Origin: Labilibaculum sp.
GTDB taxonomy: Bacteria > Bacteroidota > Bacteroidia > Bacteroidales > Marinifilaceae
Length of the DNA stretch: 64,000 bases
Assembly (NCBI RefSeq): GCF_041595635.1
Contig: NZ_JBFHJW010000017.1
Span: 2,883 to 66,882 of the forward strand
Direction of reading: 5' to 3'
Every line of letters begins with the position of its first letter. The stretch's first letter is position 1. Position numbers and translations under genes: made by a program. Below the pieces are notes generated by a model, which was not told the DNA's origin, did no database searches, and was given only the letters and a program-made list of their open reading frames with translations. Shown here one piece after another: positions 41,281 to 50,795 of the stretch.

Positions 41281-41330
41281 GATTAGTAAAGTTTGAAAAG
41301 GTCTAAAATGTTATAATTTGCAAGTAATTA

Positions 41331-42665
41331 TTATCTTCCTAAATGAGTTCTAACGCATCGAAAGCCAATATAAGATTTTGCAGTGTCCTGATACTCATAG
41401 GTTCTAGTTCCACATTGCAGGTAGTATCCAATATCTTTCCAAGATCCTCCTCGAATTACTTTTCTTTTTAATGCTGGTGGATCACTAGGTAAGGCATTGT
41501 ATTCATAATTTGGGTTCATATCATGAGTAAAGGAGTAGGCAGACTCATCATAAGCTCCAGAAGTCCATTCTGCAACATTACCAGCCATATCATATAAACC
41601 AAACTCATTTGGTTCGTAGCTTCCAACAGGTAAGGTAACTAATCCTCCATCATCTACATAGTTTCCTCTAAGAGGTTTAAAATTTGCTAAGAAACAGCCT
41701 TGGTCATTTCTTGTATAAGGACCTCCCCAAGGATACATATTTAATGCGATTCCTCCCCTTGCACTATATTCCCACTCTGATTCGGTTGGCAAACGATAAT
41801 CTTGAACAGGATAGTCTCCCTCTGATTTTAATGCTGAATTATGAAAGCGAGTTCTCCAAATAGAAAATGCGGTTGCTTGTTTCCAGGAAACACCAACTAC
41901 AGGGTAGTCATCATAGCCAGGATGCCAGAAATATTGTTTTGTCCATGGTTCGTTGTATGAGTAGGTAAAATCTTGAATCCAGCACAAAGTATCAGGATAA
42001 ATATTAAGGGCTTCTTTCATGATAAAGGAAGAACGGTCTTCAATTTGCTTGCGACCTCCTTTGTAATCATCAACCATACCTTCGTATTCTCCAGTTTCGT
42101 AGTTGTAACGATTTGATTTTTTTGCTGCTTGTTGAAGGTCAACCCATTCGTATTGATATTTTAATTTACGTGAATCGATTTCTTTATTTCTGAAAAATCG
42201 TTCGTTAACGGGTAAATACATATCTTCCAGAATTTCTGTGTATTCTTCGTTGTCCCATTCTAGATTCTCGTCCCAATTAAGAAATGGAGGATCTATAGGG
42301 TTGCCGTTTTGATCTTCGGCAATTAAAAACTCTTCGAATTGTTGTCCCAATAATTCACGAGCAATAGAATCTCGAACCCAATTTACAAACTGACGGTATT
42401 CATTGTTTGTAATTTCGGTTTCATCCATCCAAAAGGATTCAACAGATACGGTTTTAGCTGTAGCATTAAGTGCCCATGCAACATCCTGATCGTTTGGTCC
42501 TACTGTAAAACTTCCACGAGGGATTAATACCATTCCATAAGGTTTTGGTTCAAACCAATTTCCTCTCTGCCCCGCACCTATAAGTTCTCCGTTTCCAGTG
42601 CGTTTGCCGCAGCTAGACAAGAACAATAAAACAATTACACAAAGTGTAGTAAGTAGTTTATTCAT
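41331..42665 (-). CDS. gldK: Gliding motility/T9SS lipoprotein GldK (PorK), SUMF1/FGE-fold
   Basis: 444 aa with lipobox FLSSCG and FGE-sulfatase-type motifs (TEITNNEYRQF, YRLPTESEWEYSARGG, RGGSWKD, GFRCV). Confidence 0.92.
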   Translation of the reverse strand: MNKLLTTLCVIVLLFLSSCGKRTGNGELIGAGQRGNWFEPKPYGMVLIPRGSFTVGPNDQDVAWALNATAKTVSVESFWMDETEITNNEYRQFVNWVRDSIARELLGQQFEEFLIAEDQNGNPIDPPFLNWDENLEWDNEEYTEILEDMYLPVNERFFRNKEIDSRKLKYQYEWVDLQQAAKKSNRYNYETGEYEGMVDDYKGGRKQIEDRSSFIMKEALNIYPDTLCWIQDFTYSYNEPWTKQYFWHPGYDDYPVVGVSWKQATAFSIWRTRFHNSALKSEGDYPVQDYRLPTESEWEYSARGGIALNMYPWGGPYTRNDQGCFLANFKPLRGNYVDDGGLVTLPVGSYEPNEFGLYDMAGNVAEWTSGAYDESAYSFTHDMNPNYEYNALPSDPPALKRKVIRGGSWKDIGYYLQCGTRTYEYQDTAKSYIGFRCVRTHLGR

Positions 42666-42716
42666 AGTGGTTTTATAGATTATACTAACTAATTGTATAG
42701 TTTTTTCATTTATACT

Positions 42717-43658
42717 TTATAAAAATCGAACACTTTTATATTTTTGATTTTGTATTTCTAATTTTGCATTAAATCGATAAGCTAATAAAAACTCATGCGA
42801 TCCACTTGAAATATTGGAAGTTGGTACGTCGTAAGAATAACCAACTTGAATGCCGTTATTAAATAAAACTCCTACTATTCCAACAATGGCATCATCAACC
42901 CTATATGAAACGCCTCCCCAAATCTTTTTATTGTATCTGATGTTCGTATTTACGTCAATTTGAGATACCGTAGCGTCTGTTTTGTAAAAAACGGATGGCA
43001 GAATTTCCCATGATTCATTTAAATCATATCGATATCCAGCCATGGCATAATAATGACGAGCCAAGTATGTTTCTATTTCGTCGTTATAGCCAATATTAGG
43101 TTTGTTCAAATGGCTTACGGAAGTTCCTACATAAAAGTTGTTTGTTTTGTAATAAATTCCAAGTCCTAAATCAAAAACCAATTTGCTGTCGTCTACACTT
43201 GCAGAGCCCAAATCGCTTTCTGCACTTGTATAATCATCGCCATCGGGAATGTACCAATCTCCTTGTAAGGAGTTGTTTTGAAAGCCGATACTGAAACCAA
43301 AATTTAAAGAACCTTTTTGTATTTTTTTGCGATATGCGTAATTAAAACGCATGGCTGTATTTTCTTCTAAACCTAATTTGTCACTCAAAATGGTTAAGCC
43401 GATACCATGATCGGAACCCATAAATTTAATGGGAGTGCTTAAATTAAATACTGTTGTAACGGGTGCATTTTCAATACCTACCCATTGTTGGCGATTGATT
43501 GCAGATGCCTGTATGTCTTTATCTGTACCCGCAAATGCTGGGTTTACAAATAGAATGTTAAACATGTTTTGACTGAACTGTGGGTCTTGCTGGGCCCTTG
43601 TTATTAAGGAAAAGCAAACTAATATTACGAAGAAAATAAATTTTTTCATGTAAAACAT
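42717..43658 (-). CDS. PorP/SprF family type IX secretion system outer-membrane protein
   Basis: 313 aa with a signal peptide followed by the hallmark QQDPQFSQNMFNILFVNPAFAG. Sits immediately upstream of gldK, as in the P. gingivalis porP-porKLMN arrangement. The start is probably MKKFIFF at 43649. Confidence 0.88.
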   Translation of the reverse strand: MFYMKKFIFFVILVCFSLITRAQQDPQFSQNMFNILFVNPAFAGTDKDIQASAINRQQWVGIENAPVTTVFNLSTPIKFMGSDHGIGLTILSDKLGLEENTAMRFNYAYRKKIQKGSLNFGFSIGFQNNSLQGDWYIPDGDDYTSAESDLGSASVDDSKLVFDLGLGIYYKTNNFYVGTSVSHLNKPNIGYNDEIETYLARHYYAMAGYRYDLNESWEILPSVFYKTDATVSQIDVNTNIRYNKKIWGGVSYRVDDAIVGIVGVLFNNGIQVGYSYDVPTSNISSGSHEFLLAYRFNAKLEIQNQKYKSVRFL

Positions 43659-43971
43659 TATGGTTCAGATTCGGTCAAAAGCTGTTAGGAGTAAAGTAAA
43701 TAAAAATAAATGTTCCTTACAAGTTTTATCAGTGGTTCGAGTGCATTAATCAAATTATTTTATGTTTTCATTTAAAATGTAAATTTTGCTTTTTTAATAT
43801 TAAATTAAATAACAAAAAAGCATGTCCTCTATGTAAAACAGACGATTTATAGTGTAACAGTAAGCTCTATCTACGAAGGTTTTATTGTTTTGTTAATAAT
43901 TTTTAAAAAAAATTTAGATAAATGAACAATAAATTGGGATTATGAAGTGTTTGAAATTTTTCATAAGGGCA

Positions 43972-44008
43972 TAAAAAAGGGCTGTCTGTATAATCAGACA
44001 ACCCTTTT
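43972..44008 (-). terminator. Rho-independent terminator after topA
   Basis: On the minus strand: GGGTTGTCTGattataCAGACAGCCC (one G-U pair) followed by TTTTTTAT. Confidence 0.8.
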
Positions 44009-44027
44009 AAATTTTTTTTTATTTTTT

Positions 44028-46436
44028 TTATTTTTTTATTTTTTTAGAGGTAGAAGCCTTCTTTTTTGCTGGAACTTTCTTTTTAGCCGTTGCTTTTTTT
44101 GTTGCTGGAGCTTTTTTTGTAGTTTTTTTCTTTGGAGCAGACTTTATTATTTGTAAGCAGTCTTCATAAGAAAGTATTTTTGGGTCTTCGATCTCTTTGC
44201 TTAGTCGGTAATTTTCCTTTTGGTAAGAGATATAGGGGCCCCATCGTCCGTTAAGGATCTGAAGTTCTGCATCTTCTTCAAATGATTTGATGTGTTTTAG
44301 TCGGTCTTTTTCTTTTTTTTCTTCGATTAGGACTATTGCACGTTCTAAATCAATCTCCATAGGATCATCTATGTCTTTTTTTAAGGATGCAAATTTTCCA
44401 TCGTGACGAACGTAAGGTCCAAACCGACCGATGGCTACAACTACCTTTTTGTCTTCATACAAACCAAGATCGCGTGGAAGTTTAAATAAGTCGATAGCCT
44501 CTTCAAGTGTGATCGTTTCTAAATGTTGTCCAGTACGCAAGCTTGCAAATTTCGGTTTTTCTGCTTCCTTGTCGTCAGAACTTTCTCCTAATTGAGCCAT
44601 TGGGCCATATCTACCAATGCGCACCAAAATTACTTTTCCACTTACCGGATCGTTTCCAAGAACTCGTTCTCCTGATTCTCTTTCTGATTCCTCCAACGTT
44701 TTTTCAACATTAGCATGGAATGGATTGTAAAATTTGCCAATCATCTCATGCCAAATTAAATTTCCCATGGCTATATCATCGAATTCTTTTTCAACTTCAG
44801 CAGTGAAATTGTAATTCATGATTCTTGAAAAGTGCTTGCTTAAGAAATCGGTAACAACCATTCCTATGTCTTCTGGAAAAAGTTTTTTGTTCTCGGCTCC
44901 TGTTATTTGAGTTTTTATTTCTTCAGTAATGTCGTTTTTTTCAAGAACAAGCACTTCGTATTTTCGCTCAACTCCATCTCGTGATTCTTTGGTAACATAG
45001 CCACGATTTTGGACGGTAGTAATGGTTGGAGCATAAGTAGATGGTCGTCCAATTCCTAATTCTTCTAATTTTTTCACCAAACTAGCCTCGGTATATCTTG
45101 CAGGACGATAGGTAAAGTTTTGGGTGGCTTGCACTAGTTCCTCGGTAAGAGAATCTCCAACTTTAACATTGGGCAGTAATGTTTCTTCCTCTTTTTGATT
45201 TTCATCATCAGAAGATTCCATGTATACTTTAAAGAAACCATCAAATTTGATCATTTCTCCTGATGCTACCAATTCTCTACTATTGGTTGAGATGCCAATT
45301 TTAATATTGGTTTTCTCTAATTTCGCATCAGCCATTTGCGAGGCTATGGTTCGTTTCCAGATTAAATTGTACAAACGAATTTCATTGGATTCTCCAGAAA
45401 TTTCATCTTTATTTAAATAGGTAGGGCGAATGGCCTCGTGAGCTTCTTGTGCTCCTTTATTTTTGGTTTTGTACTTTCTGATTTTTACATATTTGGAACC
45501 ATGACGACGGGTGATCTCTTCTTTGGCTGCAGCAAGTGCGGTTTCTGATAAGTTTACCGAGTCAGTTCTCATGTAAGTGATATTTCCAGCTTCGTATAAA
45601 CGCTGAGCAACGGTCATTGTTTGTGCTACCGAAAAGCCTAGCTTCCTACTAGCTTCCTGTTGCAATGTTGAAGTGGTGAATGGGGCAGCAGGTTTACGAG
45701 TAGATGGTTTTTTCTCGATGTTATTAACTCGATACTCCGCATTTTTGCAGCTATTTAAAAATTCAAGAGTTTCCTCTTTTGTTGAGAATCTTTTTGGAAG
45801 TTCTGCTTTTAGTGTTTTTTGATCGCCCTTATTATCTGTTATTGTGAAGTGAGCAATCACTTTAAAGTAAGATTCGGAGGTGAAATCCATAATTTCTCGT
45901 TCACGTTCAACAATTAATCGAACGGCTACGGATTGTACTCGTCCTGCCGACAATTGTGGTTTTACTTTCTTCCACAATACGGGAGATACCTCGAAACCTA
46001 CTAATCGATCTAAAATTCGTCGTGCTTGCTGAGCATTCACTAAATTTACATCTATTTCTCTCGGATTTTTAATTGCATTTAGAATAGCATCTTTCGTAAT
46101 CTCATGAAAAACAATTCGTTTTGTGTTCTTTTTTTTAAGATTAAGCACTTCGTATAAATGCCATGCAATTGCTTCTCCCTCGCGATCCTCATCGGATGCG
46201 ATCCATACAGTTGATGCCTCCTTAGCTAATTTCTTTAGTTCAGCAACTACCTTTTTTTTATCGGTAGATACAATGTATTTTGGCGTGAAATTATTCTTAA
46301 TGTCAATTCCAAAGTCCTTTTTTTCTAGGTCTCTAATATGTCCAAAACTCGACTTTACAATGAAATCCTTCCCTAAAAACTTTTCAATAGTTTTTGCTTT
46401 CGCAGGGGACTCGACAATTACTAAATTCTCTATCAT
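44028..46436 (-). CDS. topA: DNA topoisomerase I (zinc-finger-less C-terminal repeats plus lysine-rich tail)
   Basis: 802 aa with Toprim LVIVESPAKAKTIEKFLG and active-site Tyr region ITYMRTDS. Has C-terminal GRYGP/GRFGPY repeats without Cys and the tail KKKTTKKAPATKKATAKKKVPAKKKASTSKKIKK. Confidence 0.96.
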   Translation of the reverse strand: MIENLVIVESPAKAKTIEKFLGKDFIVKSSFGHIRDLEKKDFGIDIKNNFTPKYIVSTDKKKVVAELKKLAKEASTVWIASDEDREGEAIAWHLYEVLNLKKKNTKRIVFHEITKDAILNAIKNPREIDVNLVNAQQARRILDRLVGFEVSPVLWKKVKPQLSAGRVQSVAVRLIVEREREIMDFTSESYFKVIAHFTITDNKGDQKTLKAELPKRFSTKEETLEFLNSCKNAEYRVNNIEKKPSTRKPAAPFTTSTLQQEASRKLGFSVAQTMTVAQRLYEAGNITYMRTDSVNLSETALAAAKEEITRRHGSKYVKIRKYKTKNKGAQEAHEAIRPTYLNKDEISGESNEIRLYNLIWKRTIASQMADAKLEKTNIKIGISTNSRELVASGEMIKFDGFFKVYMESSDDENQKEEETLLPNVKVGDSLTEELVQATQNFTYRPARYTEASLVKKLEELGIGRPSTYAPTITTVQNRGYVTKESRDGVERKYEVLVLEKNDITEEIKTQITGAENKKLFPEDIGMVVTDFLSKHFSRIMNYNFTAEVEKEFDDIAMGNLIWHEMIGKFYNPFHANVEKTLEESERESGERVLGNDPVSGKVILVRIGRYGPMAQLGESSDDKEAEKPKFASLRTGQHLETITLEEAIDLFKLPRDLGLYEDKKVVVAIGRFGPYVRHDGKFASLKKDIDDPMEIDLERAIVLIEEKKEKDRLKHIKSFEEDAELQILNGRWGPYISYQKENYRLSKEIEDPKILSYEDCLQIIKSAPKKKTTKKAPATKKATAKKKVPAKKKASTSKKIKK

Positions 46437-46631
46437 ACGCGTATCTTTACTTTGGAAAGATTAGGTTAAAATTTTTGCAAAGTAAAACAATATGGAGGCT
46501 AACTTCAAAATTTTATGATGATTATTTTGAAATTAAACGATTCCGGAAACCAAAATAATTCAATATAATTAGATGAAGACTCTCTCTTATTTGTTCGAAT
46601 AATATTTGCTATTTTTACACCACTTAATTAA

Positions 46632-49028
46632 ATGAATTGTTTTAAAATGTCAAAAAATAATACTGAGTTTACTCGAGGTATCGAAGAGAAATCGAAATTG
46701 CAAATGTTTAAAAAACATCTCCTTATTTTTTGGTCTGTTTTTGTTCTTGGTGTAGTTGCGCTGGTTCTATTTTTTATAGGAGTTTCAAATGGAACTTTTG
46801 GTTTCATGCCTTCTTTTGAAGAGCTGGAAAATCCTAAAAATAGTTTGGCTACAGAAGTCTATACTGTGGATGGAAGTTTAATCGGAAAATTTTATTTCGA
46901 GAATCGCTCTTTTGTTGAATATTCTGATTTGTCTCCTTATTTGGTTGATGCTTTAATAGCGACAGAGGATGTTCGTTATAAAGATCACTCTGGAATTGAC
47001 ATTCGCGGTTTGGGGCGGGTTGCTAAGGGATTGGTAACTGGCGACCGAAGTGCAGGGGGAGGAAGTACTATTTCTCAACAGTTGGCGAAAATGTTGTTTC
47101 CTCGGGAGAGCTTTGAGAAAAAGATTGATATTGTATTTCGGAAATTTCGAGAATGGGTGATTGCTGTAAAATTAGAGCGTAGCTATACTAAGGAGGAAAT
47201 CATGACTATGTATTTTAATAAGTTTGATTTCTTAAATTTAGCAGTTGGAGTTAAATCTGCAGCTAATGTATATTTTAATACAACACCTGATTCACTTAAA
47301 ATTGAACAGGCAGCAATGCTTGTGGGAATGGCAAAGAATCCATCTTATTTTAACCCTTTACGACGCCCTGAGTTGACTTTGAACAGAAGAAATGTTGTAC
47401 TGTCGCAAATGGTAAAATACAATTATTTGTCAACAGTAGAATTTGATTCCATAAAAAGTCTTCCATTGGAGATTGATTTCCAAAAGGTAGATCACAAAAG
47501 AGGAATGGCTCCGTATTTTAGAGAATACTTACGCACTTCCTTAACGGCGCATAAGCCTGAAGTTAACAATTATCCATCATATGCTTATCAGCAATTTGTA
47601 AAAGATTCTACAGAGTGGGAGGATAATCCTTTTTATGGATGGTGCAATAAAAATTTAAAAGCTGATGGAACTGCATATAACATCTACAAAGATGGACTTA
47701 AAATTTATACAACCATTGATTCACGAATGCAGAAATATGCCGAAGAGGCTGTCGTTGAGCACTTGGGACTAGATTTGCAAAAAGCATTTAATCGTGAGAA
47801 AGAACATCATAGGAATCCCCCATTTTCCGATGATTTATCTCAGGAAAATGTAGAGAATAACATTGATATTTCTATGAGAAGAAGTGAAAGATATCGTGTT
47901 TTGAAGAAAAATGGAATGAGTATGGATTCTATCCGTTTGGTGTTTAAGCAACCACGAAAAATGAAAATATTCACCTGGAAAGGGGAACGAGATACCATTT
48001 TGAGTCCTAACGATTCTATGCTTTATATGAAAGGCTTTTTACGTGCAGGGTTTATGTCTGTTGAACCACAGTCTGGAGAAGTGCGAGCTTATGTGGGAGG
48101 ACCTAATTATGAGCATTTTATGTACGATATGGTAACGGTTGGAAAACGTCAGGTAGGGTCTACCATTAAGCCATTTCTGTACACACTTGCCATGCAGGAG
48201 GGGTTAAGTCCTTGTGATAAAGTTCCGAATATTCCTCAAACATTTATTTTGCCTGATGGAACGCCTTGGGCATCGAAAAATTCGACTGATAAATACGAAG
48301 GTGAGATGGTAACTTTAAAATGGGGATTGGCTAATTCGGTGAATAATATCTCAGGTTGGGTTTTGAAACAAACTACACCTGAATCGGTTGCAGCTATGGC
48401 TCATAAAATGGGTGTTATTAGTAAAATAGATGCAGTTCCATCGATTTACTTAGGAACTTCGGAAATATCGGTTTACGAGATGGTTGGAGCCTATGCTACT
48501 TTTGTGAATAAAGGGGTTTACATCAAGCCAAGTTTTATTACCAAAATAGAAGATCACAAGGGAAATTTATTGGCACAATCGGTTTCTCGAAAACGGGAAG
48601 TAATGGATGAAAGAACCGCCTATTTAATGACGAATTTATTAGAAGGAGTTGTGCAAAGAGGAACAGGAGTTCGATTACGATATAAATATGGTTTGAATAA
48701 TCCAATGGGTGGAAAAACCGGGACAACGCAGAATCATTCCGATGGTTGGTTCATGGGAATTACTCCTCAGCTAGTTTCTGGAGTTTGGGTTGGAGCGGAA
48801 GATCGTTCGATTCACTTTGAAGGTATTAGACTAGGACAGGGAGCGAATATGGCTCTGCCAATTTGGGCACTTTACATGCAGAAAGTATATGCCGACAAAA
48901 GCCTTGGAATTACTCAAGGTGATTTTGAAAAACCAAGAGGGGTTAATTTGAATTTGGATTGTGATGATGCTTCTAATGGTTCTAAAAACAATGACTTAAT
49001 TGAATCTGATGAGAGTGATTTCTTTTAA
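46632..49028 (+). CDS. Penicillin-binding protein 1A (bifunctional glycosyltransferase/transpeptidase)
   Basis: 798 aa with an N-terminal TM, GT51 motifs EDVRYKDHSGID, GGSTISQQLAK and RKFREW, and transpeptidase motifs STIKP and KTGTT. Confidence 0.93.
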   Translation: MNCFKMSKNNTEFTRGIEEKSKLQMFKKHLLIFWSVFVLGVVALVLFFIGVSNGTFGFMPSFEELENPKNSLATEVYTVDGSLIGKFYFENRSFVEYSDLSPYLVDALIATEDVRYKDHSGIDIRGLGRVAKGLVTGDRSAGGGSTISQQLAKMLFPRESFEKKIDIVFRKFREWVIAVKLERSYTKEEIMTMYFNKFDFLNLAVGVKSAANVYFNTTPDSLKIEQAAMLVGMAKNPSYFNPLRRPELTLNRRNVVLSQMVKYNYLSTVEFDSIKSLPLEIDFQKVDHKRGMAPYFREYLRTSLTAHKPEVNNYPSYAYQQFVKDSTEWEDNPFYGWCNKNLKADGTAYNIYKDGLKIYTTIDSRMQKYAEEAVVEHLGLDLQKAFNREKEHHRNPPFSDDLSQENVENNIDISMRRSERYRVLKKNGMSMDSIRLVFKQPRKMKIFTWKGERDTILSPNDSMLYMKGFLRAGFMSVEPQSGEVRAYVGGPNYEHFMYDMVTVGKRQVGSTIKPFLYTLAMQEGLSPCDKVPNIPQTFILPDGTPWASKNSTDKYEGEMVTLKWGLANSVNNISGWVLKQTTPESVAAMAHKMGVISKIDAVPSIYLGTSEISVYEMVGAYATFVNKGVYIKPSFITKIEDHKGNLLAQSVSRKREVMDERTAYLMTNLLEGVVQRGTGVRLRYKYGLNNPMGGKTGTTQNHSDGWFMGITPQLVSGVWVGAEDRSIHFEGIRLGQGANMALPIWALYMQKVYADKSLGITQGDFEKPRGVNLNLDCDDASNGSKNNDLIESDESDFF

Positions 49029-49085
49029 GTATGATCGTTAATTTTAATTGGAGTATACAGATATTTTTTTTAAAATTGCAATTGA

Positions 49086-49250
49086 TTTAGGTTTCCGAAA
49101 GGGAATAATAGGGAATCCTGTTCAAGCAGGAGCTGTCCCCGCAGCTGTAAGCTCCGGTTCGTTTATCGAATCAATGTTTTAAAAATTTAACCACTGTTCT
49201 TCGGGATGGGAAGGGATTTAAAATTGGAGCAAGCCAGAAGACCTGCCTAC
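49086..49250 (+). promoter_or_regulatory. Cobalamin (B12) riboswitch aptamer, apparently orphan
   Basis: The conserved blocks occur in canonical order on the + strand: AAUAGGGAAUCCUGUUCAAGCAGGAGCUGUCCCCGCAGCUGUAAGC (49107-49152), CCACUGUUCUUCGGGAUGGGAAGGG (49191-49215) and B12 box AGCCAGAAGACCUGCC (49232-49247). GCUCC (49151-55) and GGAGC (49226-30) are complementary. Confidence 0.85.
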
Positions 49251-49374
49251 GATCATGGATTTTAGCTTTCGGGTGGAAAAAGCGGAAAGATTCAGTTATT
49301 TCTTTCTTATTCCGACGCTATCTGATTCGAAATGCCATACTCGAATCAACAAAATTCATAGTAACTGTTTATTC

Positions 49375-49410
49375 AAGGCTGAAACCTAGGTTTCAGCCTT
49401 GTTATTTTGT
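49375..49410 (+). terminator. Perfect 26-nt palindrome plus T-rich tract; likely terminator for the riboswitch/PBP1A transcript
   Basis: AAGGCTGAAACCTAGGTTTCAGCCTT (49375-49400) followed by GTTATTTTGT. It overlaps the radA stop codon (49386-49388). On the minus strand it is followed by GAATAAACAG, which has no U-tract. Confidence 0.55.
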
Positions 49411-50783
49411 CGGAAAAGACGTTGAAAGACTTCCCCTACTTTGCTTACTAAATGAATTTTGATTGTAAACTTAGAGGTGTCGAGGCCTTTGGAATTGTGT
49501 TTTGGAATGATAATTTGTTTGAATCCTAATTTTTCGGCTTCGCTAATTCGTTGATCAATTCTACTTACAGGTCTAATTTCTCCTGACAGGCCAATTTCTC
49601 CAGCAAAACATACTTGTTTAGGAATAGAAATATCTGTACTCGATGATAGTACAGCAAGAATAACAGCCAAATCGATGGCTGGATCGTTTACTTTAATTCC
49701 TCCGGCAATATTTAAAAATACATCCTTTGTTGAAAGTTTAAAGCCAGCTCGCTTTTCCAAAACGGCCAATAGCATGTTTAATCGACGCAGATCGAAACCT
49801 GTTGATGAGCGTTGAGGAGTTCCATAGGCCGCAGAGCTAACCAATGCCTGAATTTCTATCAGAAAAGGTCGCATACCCTCTATAGAAGCTGAAATTGTCA
49901 CTCCGCTTAGGCTTTCATCTGCATGAGAAAGAAGAAGCTCTGAAGGATTAGAAACTTCGCGAAGTCCAGTGTGTTGCATCTCGTAAATTCCCATTTCTGA
50001 AGTAGACCCAAACCTGTTTTTAGTCGATCGTAAAATTCGATACATATGATTCTGATCTCCTTCAAATTGGAGAACGGTATCGACCATGTGTTCCAGTATT
50101 TTAGGACCTGCTAAGCTGCCATCTTTGGTGATGTGGCCAATGAGAATAACTGGCGTAGCGGATGACTTGGCAAAGCTCAGCAGTTGCGATGTACATTCCC
50201 GAATCTGGGAAACGCTTCCAGGAGCCGATTCTATACTTTCAGTGGCAAGTGTTTGAATGGAATCGATAACAATAATGTCGGGAGTGGTGTTTTTGATGTG
50301 AGAAAAAATATTCTCCATAGATGTTTCACTTACAATCAGACAGTTTTCATTATCAGAATTAATGCGATTGCCTCGTAGTTTTATTTGCTGTGCACTTTCC
50401 TCACCAGAAACATATAAAGTGGTATAATTTTTTAGATTGAGAGCAATTTGAAGGGCTAATGTCGATTTGCCAATTCCAGGTTCTCCACCAATCAATATAA
50501 GTGAACCAGGAACTAGTCCACCACCTAAAACCCGATTTAATTCACCATTTTTTGTATTGAATCTCGATTCTTCCGAAGAGGATATTTCGGAGATTTTTTG
50601 AGGTTTATTTTTTTTACCTAGTCCGTTAGATCCAACAATTGGCGAAGCTTTTGATTTCACAACAACTTCTTCAACAAAGGAATTCCATTCTCCACACGAT
50701 GGACATTTGCCTACCCATTTGGCAGATTCAACTCCACAAGATTGACAAAACCAGGCACTTTTTGTTTTTGCTTTACTGGCCAT
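49386..50783 (-). CDS. radA: DNA repair protein RadA
   Basis: 465 aa with zinc finger CQSCG...CPSCGEW, Walker A GEPGIGKST, the KNRFG motif and a Lon-protease-like C-terminal domain. Confidence 0.96.
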   Translation of the reverse strand: MASKAKTKSAWFCQSCGVESAKWVGKCPSCGEWNSFVEEVVVKSKASPIVGSNGLGKKNKPQKISEISSSEESRFNTKNGELNRVLGGGLVPGSLILIGGEPGIGKSTLALQIALNLKNYTTLYVSGEESAQQIKLRGNRINSDNENCLIVSETSMENIFSHIKNTTPDIIVIDSIQTLATESIESAPGSVSQIRECTSQLLSFAKSSATPVILIGHITKDGSLAGPKILEHMVDTVLQFEGDQNHMYRILRSTKNRFGSTSEMGIYEMQHTGLREVSNPSELLLSHADESLSGVTISASIEGMRPFLIEIQALVSSAAYGTPQRSSTGFDLRRLNMLLAVLEKRAGFKLSTKDVFLNIAGGIKVNDPAIDLAVILAVLSSSTDISIPKQVCFAGEIGLSGEIRPVSRIDQRISEAEKLGFKQIIIPKHNSKGLDTSKFTIKIHLVSKVGEVFQRLFRQNNKAET

Positions 50784-50795
50784 AAGTTCGTATAG

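Noticed and set aside
43947-44156. 69-aa + strand ORF rich in F/L/C (MFEIFHKG...FFLFFLFFYFF...)
   Set aside because: It is the mirror image of the lysine-rich (AAA/AAG) tail of topA on the opposite strand. The low-complexity poly-T translation has no independent support.
49255-49389. 44-codon ORF directly after the B12 box (MDFSFRVEKAERFSYFFLIPTLSDSKCHTRINKIHSNCLFKAET)
   Set aside because: Not called as a CDS. It is short, has no recognisable signal, TM segment or domain, and could be a chance ORF or the remnant of a lost gene. It is kept only as one hypothesis within the orphan-riboswitch finding.
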